Source of the DNA: Selaginella moellendorffii
Taxonomy: Eukaryota; Plantae; Lycopodiophyta
NCBI RefSeq assembly: GCF_000143415.4
Contig: NW_003314295.1
Location: 1,107,054-1,171,053 of the forward strand
Reading direction: 5' to 3'
DNA: 64,000 nucleotides
In this document: positions 1 to 10,779 of the stretch, one piece after another
How positions within the stretch are numbered: the stretch's first letter is position 1
How the letters are laid out: each line of letters opens with the position of its first letter
Notes under the pieces: model-generated
The model's input: only the letters and a program-made list of their open reading frames with translations
Database searches by the model: none
What the model was told of the DNA's origin: nothing
Made by a program: the position numbers and the translations under genes

Positions 1-2978
1 ACTTGTTAAAAATCCACCACCATGAAATTCACTAATGATGAGGTATTATGAATTAAAATTGGCACTTGGTAGTATATACTTATGGGGATGATTGTATGGT
101 TTGCAAATATTTTAAGAATAACAACCATATTGTTTTGGATTTGGAACCCAACAAACTTTGCTAATGTTAAAAAGATGATATTACTTTTAAATCCCGAAAG
201 TGCTTTCGTTATGATAATATCTCATAAAATGACTAATGCTATGAAAACTTATGGAAGCATGAAGAAGAAGTTATCTTGAGTTTGCAAGAGTTTCTTAATT
301 GTTGTCCAAATCTCAAGATTGATTTCAAAAGTTGGGCAAGTGAAATAATGATTAAGCTATGCAATAGTTTTTGTATAACATTTGTTAAAAGAGTTGAAGA
401 TGTGGGAAGAGTCATGGGAGATGTCTTAACCAAGCCTGAACAAAATGTTATATTGAGTTGAGAAGGTCTAACATTAACAAATGCTAACTTAAAAAAAGTA
501 AATTGTATACCATGACTAGACGTAGGATTTATTGAAAATTTGAGTTTTATTCTTTATTGATATTTAGGGCTATTAGTTGGCATGCCAAAGTGTGGATTTA
601 TTAGCAAAAAACATTTAAACATGTTAGCTCTTGGGAGATTAAAGTTTAGGTGGAGGTAATAACATTGTTTTGTCTGTGTGTTTGCCTCGCAATGGGTATA
701 TTATCATTGATGTCTTTTTGATATTGCTTCTATTTACTAAAGTTTTATTGCCTTAAGCTTTTCAAGAATAATAATTTACTGTCATTACTATTGTAAAAGA
801 GTTTGTTATTGATGCTCAAGGAGGTATTTATACTAGCAAAATTCTATGATAATAAATTCCAATCTTGGTTCTATGATTTTGGGAACAGGTTGGCAAAAAA
901 CTACATTAATTAAATGCTTCAAAAGGTGGTTGAATAGAGAGTGGACAATATTAAAAACACCTAAAGTGAAACAAAACTTTTAACCTCTTTTGTGTGTTTG
1001 AAAACTTGACAACACTTAGTGTGTTTGCACTAAAAAAGTTTATGCTAGATGAATGGTTTTAATCCTTAAGCAAATGCAACAACAATGGTCTACTATGAGA
1101 TCTAATATTTAGGTGAGGCACAACTTTCAATGTTGTTTAAATTGCTAAATATATTTAATGGTGAATTCATATGGTGCTTGCCAAAAAGAAAAGTTTGGTT
1201 CAATCTACATTCAAGATTGACTCTACCCAAACCTAAGCATGTCCATACATTAATGGAAGGAAGTAATTGTGCTTCCCCGCATTTGTTATGATTCTATTTA
1301 AATCACAAAAAGACTTTAAATTTCACTATGTAATATAGTGATAATAAAGCCCTAAATACAAATCCACATTGTATTTAAAGTCATCCAAAGGATCAATTTG
1401 TCTCCACTTTTAAGGCAAGAGCTTGATTTCCACTAATTCATCTCAAATGAGAAATATTCACTAAATCTAATAAATATTTTATTTAGGTTGTCAATAGAAA
1501 TGGCTAATTCAGTCCATATACTATAATAATCACTTGTATAAAATACTCAAGTCACTGTAAATGCCTAATATCACAAAGTGGTGCACTCAATCTAGCAAAT
1601 CAAATATTCCCAAATGCCTTAACCAAAACCCACAACTAAAATAAATGGTTATGAATATCACAAATTCTAAAAACAAAGTTCCAAGAGGTGTGAAAATATT
1701 AATATATTTCTAAAAAAAACAAGTGTTACACCGTTTTGTTAAAAACTCTTGCTGTGATGAATAGAATCACTTAGAAAGTAGCTCAATATTAGCATAAAAA
1801 GTCAAGTCATCCTTCTCACTTGAAAGAAACAAGAAAAAATAGTAAGGAGAAAAACTTTCAATAACAATAATTATGTTCAAATAAAGATGAAAGCTAACAA
1901 AATCTCATGGAATTAGGTATTAAACTGGATGATTCAATATAGAAATAAAAGATCATAAAAGGATCTACAATCTTAATATAAGATACCACAAAAAATATAG
2001 AAACTTTAAGCACTAAAGAGGAATAAAAGGCCCTAAACCCTAAATGATCGAGATTTAAATTTGGATTAAAACTTCACAATAATAGCAAATGAAAGATCAA
2101 GATTGATCACATACAATATAACAAATGGCAATGAAAATAGACTTTACACATTTGAGAAATTTGCATTTAGAGATTTCTATAACTAGAGATGAAAGAAATT
2201 AAAGTGTGATTAGCAAGAAATGATGAAAATGCACAAATTCAAATGATGAGTAGTTTTATCTTAGTATTAAGACCTTTTAGAAGCAAAATCCTGCAAGAAT
2301 GGACAAAATAGAGAAAATTCTCACCACACAAAGCCTCTATATTGAATTATACATACATGCTAGAAGAAAAATATGGGCATATCATAATTCCCAATGAATT
2401 AACATCTAAATAACACTTAACAAGATTTAAGATCCTATCAAATGAATTGATACAATCTCTCCCCAAAAATTGAGCTTAAAATAAATAAAAAAGGAATAAA
2501 AACCAAAAGGAAAATGCAAAACTTCTTTATTCCTTCACGAAAATGCAAATGTTTATACTCGTTAGAAAAAGAAGCTTAATACAAAGAAAGAACACTTCAA
2601 ATAAATCAAATATAAGGGAGAAAATCCAACTAATAACTCATATTACATACCATATTTTCAAGAACATTTTGAGAAGATAGATATATGATGTAAAAAATTC
2701 TTGTTACTTTTTATTTATCCTGCTAGGATCATTGCTCCAAACCTTATAAATCTTCTCTATTTATCAAAAAATGCTCCATAAAGAAAGAAGACAATTATCA
2801 TACTAAATTTGTCAAGTTGAGTTGTAACATCTTAATTTTCTTCTTCCTTGTGATTCTGCTCACATATTAAAATTTCTCTCTATAATTCTAGCTCAACTTT
2901 ATTAAATTTCACAATTTTAATGAACCTTTAATATTTCACCTTTGCATGGATTTTATATAACTATTTGAAATTGTACTA

Positions 2979-3002
2979 TGTGTGTGTGTGTGTGTGTGTG
3001 TG
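2979..3002. repeat. (TG)12 microsatellite
   Basis: Perfect TG dinucleotide run. Confidence 0.95.
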
Positions 3003-3247
3003 AATTTTAGGGCATAATTGATCTATCAAATTAGTAGGGTTGGGACAAGCAAGTCCAACACCCACCAAAATAAGATGCAAATCAAGTGTAATTTCAAATT
3101 TGTAACTATGGCCTTATAGAAAATTAAACAATTTGAAAAGTGTTATGACCTTCTTCTTAAGCAATTATCACTTATAAAAGTAGTGAGTTCTTCAATTTAA
3201 AATTTTATTTTTATTTGATTCTTTCATATGTTAATTCATATATAAGT

Positions 3248-4395
3248 TGTAAGCCACAATTTTTTCCTTTCCAATTTGCCAGCTTACCTCGTCTATCCGT
3301 CCAACGCTGCCTTGGCTTTTGCTAAGTTCCCTCGCCAAGGTTCTCGCCTATGGTACCAGCTCCTACTTGGTTTCAGCTACTCACTGCACGAGCAACGGAG
3401 TGTTAGCCATCCTTCCACGGATTCCCAAATCACTCCCAATCCCCCTCCCCGGGTTAGACTGGACTTAAGGTTCGGCTACACTCCCCGCAAGCACAAGCAG
3501 CCAAGCACACCAAGCTTCCAGATTCCTAACATCCCTTGGTACCACAAGACTTGATCATGGGACCCTCTAAATCCCAAGTCTTGAGTGCAACACTTGCTTC
3601 GGGATGTCGGGGCGAAACACCGTGGCCTAGCGGCCCGGTATGGGTACCTCTCGCCCCCCACTTCCATCCCGAAGGAAGGCCCAAGCCCCTAGGGAGGGCG
3701 AGGACCAATGAGCCGCATGGTACTCAAGTGGGGCACCACTCCACATGAGCCGGGAGCACCACAATCGGTTTCCCTTTCGGGAGTGGGGGCTGCTCTTGAG
3801 CACTTCCTTGGATGGCCCCTCCGGCACCAGCCAAGTCCATGCTCACTCCCACCCAAGGCCCCTCGGTCCCAGTCTCAACCTCAAGTCGGTTTGGAAGCCC
3901 AACTGGAGAGTCCCTTCAAAACTGGTTCCTGGACCTCACTATCCCTATTATACTTTTGGAACCCTCTGCAGCCCCCCCCCCCTGGGAGACGCACGCTTTG
4001 GGCTTTCACCCCTTGACCTGTATTAGTATTTGGACTTAGTCTCTGGCTCGATCTCGGACCCGATTTCGGATCCGACTTCGGATTCGGTTTCGGACTCGAT
4101 CTCGGACTCGATCTCGGACCCGATCTCGGACCCGACTTCGGACTCGACCTCGGACTCGGTCTCGGACCCGATTTCGGATCTCGGACTCCGTCTCGAACTC
4201 GGTCTCGAACTCGGACTCGAACTCGGTCCCCGAGTCGGTCTCGGACTCGATTCCGGACTCGATCTTGAACTCGGTCCTAGAGTCGGTCTTGGACTCGATC
4301 TTCGACTTGGTCTCATCCGATGAACTCTTTGTCATTTTGGTCATGCTTTCGGGGTTCCTTTAGCCTACGACACCTCGGCGAGTTGGTTCCTTACA
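3248..4395 (-). repeat. 3' LTR (1148 bp)
   Basis: Direct repeat of 9630-10779 with TG...CA ends; ~10 substitutions plus a 2-bp poly-C indel counted by eye. Confidence 0.96.
4045..4312. repeat. CpG-rich 6/12-bp tandem array (TCGGAC/TCGATC/TCGAAC) inside the LTR; second copy at ~10429-10696
   Basis: Visible hexamer periodicity; gives spurious repetitive ORFs (SDSI, RDRV, ESEI). Confidence 0.9.
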
Positions 4396-4408
4396 ACTCC
4401 ACCACCCA
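4396..4408 (-). promoter_or_regulatory. Polypurine tract (PPT)
   Basis: Minus strand reads TGGGTGGTGGAGT immediately before the 3' LTR. Confidence 0.75.
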
Positions 4409-5179
4409 TAGAAGAAGTTCGATGCCCACATCGAACGTCTCGTTTTATCCTACGACTTGTTGACCATGTCTCCGGGGGCATCCCCCCACTTAGCGGTGTG
4501 CCTAAGTTAGCCTCCCCGGCCAAGAGCCCATGACAACGGAATATAGGTGTCCCTATACTCCTCACCTCACCACGCCCTAGTATAGGGTCGGGACTTGAAC
4601 CCAGCCTTGCTTTACTAGGGGGTTGGGACTCGAACCCAACCTCCGTAGAATACGTCTACGGATTCGACATCCCCGCAGGGAGTCGAGCGTAGCTCCCTAC
4701 GCCTGGTCGACCTAGCTAACCCATGCTAATTAGCTTACCTTCGGCGCGCCTTCGGGTCCCAACATATGCCATTGCTCAACTTCTCAAATTGATACTTTTA
4801 ATTGAACTTTGCATAAGTACATAGAGTTCTTCCATGCAGAAATTCCTCCACTAGATCTCGCGCGTTCGCTAGGTTCTCCTTCGGTTCCCATGTTGCTTCG
4901 CAGTGTGGAAATCCTTTCCACTTCACATGGAACTCTCTCACCTCGCGTCCTTGTCGCTTGCTCTTGCGCGCATTGAGGATGGCCTCGACTTCGTATTCCT
5001 CCTCCCCTTGGATAACCTCAGGTAAAAGTCTTACTTGGTCCTTGCGAAGCAGATCCTCAAAATACGGCTTGAGTAAGTTCACGTGGAACACGGGATGCAT
5101 CTTCCCCATCTCTCGAGGAAGTCGGAGACGGTAAGCCACTTTACCGATTCGAGCCTCGATCTCGTAAGGCCCCGCGAAC

Positions 5180-5231
5180 CTGCTTAAGGAACTCAAGATC
5201 AATTCATTTACAGGAATACATGCATTTTTAC
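5180..5231 (-). other. 52-nt GT-AG spliceosomal intron within integrase (before the GPY motif)
   Basis: CAA AG|gtaaaa...ttccttaagcag|G TTC GCG GGG CCT TAC; removal gives KLTQRFAGPY in frame; intron is AT-rich compared with the flanking exons. Confidence 0.85.
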
Positions 5232-5649
5232 CTTTGGGTCAACTTCCGGCTGATCCCACTTGGTAGCCTGAGGTTCTTGGTGTTCAGCCACACCTTCTCC
5301 CCAGCTTGGAACTCCACATCTCGACGCTTTTGGTTCGCATACTTAGTTTGCCTTTGTTGAGCCCGTTCCAAGGAATCCCTCACTAGATTCCAAATGTTGA
5401 GTCTTTCCGCCGTGAATGCCTCCACTGCGGGTAACTCTCCATGATACTCGGCCACGCCGAGTTCGACAGGACCTTCAATAGCTCGCCCATTGATGACTTC
5501 CCATGGACTCACCCCGATGCTCGAATGTGGTGAGTTGTTATAACACATTTCCGCAAGTCCTAAATGACTTACCCAGTCGGTCTGGTCTCCCGAGACATAG
5601 CATCGCAAATAATCCTCCAGCTGCCTATTCACCCTTTCCGTTTGTCCGT

Positions 5650-5696
5650 CTGTCAAGAAGTGTTAGTGCCATCAATCTTGACTCAATACCCATTAC
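5650..5696 (-). other. 47-nt GT-AG spliceosomal intron within the integrase catalytic core
   Basis: CAG ACA G|gtaatg...CTAAC...cttcttgacag|AC GGA CAA ACG GAA; removal restores the canonical HPQTDGQTE; has a branch-point CTAAC and pyrimidine tract. Confidence 0.88.
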
Positions 5697-8600
5697 CTGT
5701 CTGTGGGTGATAGGCCGTGCTGAATTTCAACTTGGTGCGATACTGTTCTAGGAGTGTCCTCCAGAACCTACTGGTGAAGATCTTATCTCGATCTGAGATA
5801 ATCTCTTCCGGCCTTCCCCGCACTCGAACCACTTGTTTGAAGAACAGCTTCGCCACACCTTCCGCATCCACATCCGTTGTGGTGGGTATGAAATGTGCCA
5901 TCTTTGAAAATCGGTCCACCACCACGAATATCGCATTGAACCCCTCGCTTGGGGGTAGTCCCGTGATGAAGTCCATCGTGAGACATTTCCACGGACGATC
6001 TGGAATGGGGATGCTTTGCAACAAGCCCCCACTAGCCTTCGTCACGGCTTTGACCTGCTGACATGTTGGACATGTCTTTACATAGTCTTGGACGTCCTTA
6101 GCCATATCTAGCCAGTGATACTTCCTTTTGAGTAAGCCCATCGTCTTGGGCACTCCGCCGTGTCCCGCGAGAGGTCCGTCATGACACTCTTCCAAGGCTA
6201 CTTTCCTTAGTTCCCCTTCTGGAACATACACCCTCGTTTGCTTGTAATATATGAGTCCGTTGCGTTCCGCATAGCCCGTTTTCTCTTCCGTTAGCAGCTC
6301 ACCTCTCTGGTGAGCTTCCCGCGCCTCCAGATTCCTCAGCAACACTTCTTGTGCTAGACCATCACTCTCGTATGCGGTCCGCACATCGTCCCAAAAGGTT
6401 GCTGTCGCGCTAGATATCGCCAACTTCAAGCTCGCTTTTCGACTTAGCGCATCTGCCACGATGTTGCTCTTCCTAGGCTTGTACAGGATCTCGCAATCAA
6501 ACTCGGCCAAAGCATTGGCCCACCGACCTTGTTTTCCCCTTAGGTTGGGCTGTGACAAGAAGTGTTTTGTTGCCACATTGTCCGTGTAAACCTTGAAGTG
6601 TCTCCCAAGGTAGTGTCGCCACTCCTTGAGCGCCTTGACCACCGCAAACAATTCCTTCTCGTGGGCAGGCCACTTCCGTTGAGCCTTGTCCAGCTTCTTC
6701 GAGAAGAACGCTATTGGATGGTTGTCTTGCTTCAAAACTGCGCCCAACGCAAAGTCCGAAGCATCCGTGTCTACCTCAAAGTCCTTACCAAAGTCTGGTA
6801 ATGCCAACACCGGAGCCTTCCTCAACTTCCCTTTGAGGTGGACGAATGCCGCCTCGCATTCCGCTGTCCATACCATCTTTCCTTTTCCTGTTTGGTCCGT
6901 TAAGGGCAGGGCTACTCTCGAATAGTGTCTGATAAACTTTCGATAGTAGTTGCATAGCCCCAGGAACGCCCTCAACTCATGTACATTCGATGGTCGTTCC
7001 CATTCCTAGATCGCTTGGACCTTCTCCGGGTCCACCTTGAGCCCGTCCTGGCCCACCACATGCCCGAGAAACTTTACCTCTTGTTGAGCAAAGTCACATT
7101 TGCTCTCTTTAGCATACAGTTTGTGTTCCCTTAGTTTCTCAAACACCTTCGCCAAGTGTTCGGCATGCTCCTCTAGCGTCTCGCTATAGATCAGGATGTC
7201 GTCAATATAGACGACCACAAAGCGATCCAGATAGGGTACAAAGATGTGGTTCATCAACGCCGAAAACGTTGCCGGCGCATTGCATAGCCCAAAGGGCATC
7301 ACCAAAAACTCAAAGCTCCCATACCTCGTTCGACAGGTTGTCTTCTCGACATCTTCCTCAGCTACCCTGATCTGGTAGTATCCTGACCTTAGGTCAATCC
7401 TCGAAAAGTATTTTGCCTTTCCCAACCTATCGAACAGGTCCTCGATCCTTGGCAAAGGGTACTTGTTCTTCTTGGTATACTTGTTGAGCAACCGGTAGTC
7501 TATGCACATGCGCATAGATCCATCTTTCTTTTTCACAAATAGCACCGGCGCCCCATACGGCGACTTGCTCAACCTAACATACCCTTTGTCCACCAACTCC
7601 TCTAGTTGGCTCTTGAGCTCCTTGAGTTCTTTTTCGTTCAATCGATAGGGTGGACGAACCACCGCCTCAGCACCCTCGACCAGCTCAATCTTATGTTCTA
7701 TCGGTCGTGCGGGGGGCAACCCCGCCGGTAGCTCCTCCAGCATCGTATCCTGGAATTGGTCCAGCACCTGCTGGATCACTAAAGGTACTTCTTTTGTTCT
7801 TGTCTTTTTGTCACTCTTCACCGAGAGTAAGCACAAAAAGGCTGCCTTAGTTCCTTTAGTGAGTTGTCCTCTCGTGGACACCAGGTTTAAGCATGACTCT
7901 TTGGCCTTGCTTTGCCCTACCTTTAGATCCTGGGCCTCCACCCTAGATCTTCTTCCTTGGGCATTCGCCAATACCACAAGGTTCCTACCTTGTCCATGCA
8001 GGGCTACCACGAACCGATTAAACCAATCCATTCCGAAGATCACATCAAATCCCGCCATGTCCAAGACGGTGAAATCCATGTCCACTTTCCATGTCCCCAC
8101 TTCGACTCTCGCTTGTCGAAGTACCTCATCGGTGCTTTGGCTACCTTGAACAAACTCTATAGTCCTTGGTTCGCCTAGCCGCTGCACCGTTAGTCCGGCT
8201 TGCCGGACTATGTCTGCAGCCACAAAATTATCCGAAACACCCGTGTCAATAAGGATCTTAACAAAGCTACCTCCGAGCTTCCCTCGGAGGGCTAGTAGAT
8301 GTCACGAACGACTCTCTACCAAAGTTGCTCGTGTAATGAGTAACTTTGAGTTAGGGACTGGATCACATACCTCAGTTTGGACTTCACCCGACTTGATGGC
8401 CATATTGGCTCTGGCCTTCTTCGGGTAGGGACATTCCTTCGAGAAGTGTCCCGCTTCGCCGCAGTTGTAGCATACGTTGTTTCCCACGCTGTTATACGAC
8501 TTGACCTTCTTATCCGTGGGTTTGTCTTTTTTCGCTTGACTCCCCCACGTACTCGCTCGCTGGCCACCGGATTTGCCTTTCCGGAACCCCGAGGACTCAT

Positions 8601-9614
8601 TCTTAGAGAAACTCTTTTTGAATTTCCCCTTGCTATACGTTCCCCTTGGTTTGGCCCCTTTGCTAAATGTGGATCCCGACCCTGTCGTGTTCCCCTTTCG
8701 CAGGTTATCGTTGAAATGCACCTTGATGGCCACATCCAATGCTTCCTTGTAGTTGGTCGGGTTCCACCGCATCACCTCACCGCGGGCCCAGGTTTGCAAA
8801 CCTGATATGAAGGCATGGAACGCATCCATATCCCCCATGTCCGTGACAAGTATCCTCTTTGCCATGAACCCATTCACATATTCCTGGATGGTTCCAGTCT
8901 GCTTCAGCCTACTCAGCTCATCTCTCAGATGCAGAGTGGCATTCAGAGGAACATATGTTGCGCGGATCCTCGCCTTCATCATGTCCCAAGTGGCCACTGG
9001 TCCTTCGTTGGCCTCCGTCATTCTCCACCAAGACTTGGCATTATCTGCCAAGTATGGTTTTGCACATGGGACTTTCTCCAAGCTCGGTAACCGCAACGCT
9101 CGGAAGTAGTCCTCCATATCATAAAACCAATCCTCCACCACCTTATAGTCGTTCACTCCCTTGAAGACCGGTGGGGGCTTTGGTTTGTACTTGGGAACTG
9201 CCTGAGGGACTGATTCTACTTCGGTCTGTTCGACCTTGTTTGGTTTTGCCTCAGTCCCGGCCGAAAGATCCGCACCTTCTGCGCTGCCAGCATCTGCAGT
9301 CTTTTTCTTTTTCTTCCACCTCTCGTCACGCTTTAGCTTGCGTACGAGAGTTTCCAGCAGGGCATTGGTCTATGCCAACTGTCCTTCTAGCACGTCCAAT
9401 CGAGCCTTGGACGACCGAACCTCGCCACCGGACTCCTGTTTGGAAGTTTCCTCACTAGAGTCCTCCTCATGCAAGGATTCCTCATCCATAACCTCTTGTT
9501 CGACCGGAGGCTCCAGCTCCGGCGGAGGTTCCGTCTCCGCCTGGGTTCGTTTACGCTCTGCCCTTGCCATCTCCCAGCAATCCGCCTCTATCCTTCGCTA
9601 GAACTAAGATAAAG

Positions 9615-9626
9615 GCTCCGATACCA
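9615..9626 (-). promoter_or_regulatory. Primer binding site complementary to initiator tRNA-Met
   Basis: Minus strand TGGTATCGGAGC, 3 nt after the 5' LTR; one mismatch from the usual TGGTATCAGAGC. Confidence 0.88.
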
Positions 9627-9629
9627 AAT

Positions 9630-10779
9630 TGTAAGCCACAATTTTTTCCTTTCCAATTTGCCAGCTTACCTCGTCTATCCGTCCAACGCTGCCTTGGCTT
9701 TTGCTAAGTTCCCTCGCCAAGGTTCTCGCCTATGGTACCAGCTCCTACTTGGTTTCAGCTACTCACTGCACGAGCAACGGAGTGTTAGCCATCCTTCCAC
9801 GGATTCCCAAATCACTCCCAATCCCCCTCCCCAGGTTAGACTGGACTTAAGGTTCGGCTACACTCCCCGCAAGCACAAGCAGCCAAGCACACCAAGCTTC
9901 CAGATTCCTAACATCCCTTGGTACCACAAGACTTGATCATGGGACCCTCTAAATCCCAAGTCTTGAGTGCAACACTTGCTTCGGGATGTCGGGGCGAAAC
10001 ACCGTGGCCTAGCGGCCCGGTATGGGTACCTCTCGCCCCCCACTTCCATCCCGAAGGAAGGCCCAAGCCCCTAGGGAGGGCGAGGACCAATGAGCCGCAT
10101 GGTACTCAAGTGGGGCACCACTCCACATGAGCCGGGAGCACCGCAATCGGTTTCCCTTTCGGGAGTGGGGGCTGCTCTTGAGCACTTCCTTGGATGGCCC
10201 CTCCGGCACCAGCCAAGTCCATGCTCACTCCCACCCAAGGCCCCTCGGTCCCAGTCTCAACCTCAAGTCGGTTTGGAAGCCCAACTGGAGAGTCCCTTCA
10301 AAACTGGTTCCTAGACCTCACTATCCCTACTATACTTTTGGAACCCCCTGCAGCCCCCCCCCCCCCTGGGAGACGCACGCTTTGGGCTTTCACCCCTTGA
10401 CCCGTATTAGTATTTGGACTTAGTCTCTGGCTCGATCTCGGACCCGATTTCGGATCCGACTTCGGATTCGGTTTCGGACTCGATCTCGGACTCGATCTCG
10501 GACCCGATCTCGGACCCGACTTCGGACTCGACCTCGGACTCGGTCTCGGACCCAATTTCGGATCTCGGACTCCGTCTCGAACTCGGTCTCGAACTCGGAC
10601 TCGAACTCGGTCCCCGAGTCGGTCTCGGACTCGATTCCGGACTTGATCTCGAACTCGGTCCTAGAGTCGGTCTTGGACTCGATCTTCGACTTGGTCTCAT
10701 CCGATGAACTCTTTGTCATTTTGGTCATGCTTTCGGGGTTCCTTTAGCCTACGACACCTCGACGAGTTGGTTCCTTACA
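9630..10779 (-). repeat. 5' LTR (1150 bp)
   Basis: Direct repeat of 3248-4395; adjacent to the PBS. Confidence 0.96.

Larger units (their letters stand above)
4798..9570 (-). pseudogene. gag-pol polyprotein (Gag with CCHC knuckle, protease, RT, RNase H, integrase, chromodomain), interrupted by 2 introns and 3 in-frame stops
   Basis: One continuous frame from ATG 9570 to the first intron at 5696, with in-frame stops at 9370-9372 (TAG), 8302-8304 (TGA) and 7006-7008 (TAG). Motifs: CYNCGEAGHFSKEC, LIDTG, YIDD, TDASD, HHCC, DFI...SDRD...QTE, GPY, and chromodomain YEVEAIL...KWKGF...TWEP. Confidence 0.92.
3248..10779 (-). mobile_element. Full-length Ty3/Gypsy LTR retrotransposon (chromovirus), recent insertion
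   Basis: Two near-identical LTRs with TGTAAG...CTTACA termini; 5-bp TSD TAAGT at 3243-3247 and 10780-10784; PBS and PPT present; gag-PR-RT-RH-IN-chromodomain order on the minus strand. Confidence 0.97.

Noticed and set aside
1-940. Coding-like AT-rich stretch with short ORFs
   Set aside because: Probably decayed TE or gene sequence, but I found no recognisable motif to assign a family.
3276-4344. Many ORFs within the LTRs (repeated at 9658-10728)
   Set aside because: By-products of GC-rich and tandem-repeat LTR sequence; no domain signatures.
4760-4830. AT-rich patch after the chromodomain as a possible further intron
   Set aside because: No convincing donor/acceptor pair on the element strand and no motif is restored by removing it.
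7006-9372. Stops at 7006 and 9370 as programmed recoding or RNA-editing sites
   Set aside because: Both lie within coding regions away from domain boundaries and fit simple CAG>TAG deamination; no nearby splice signals.
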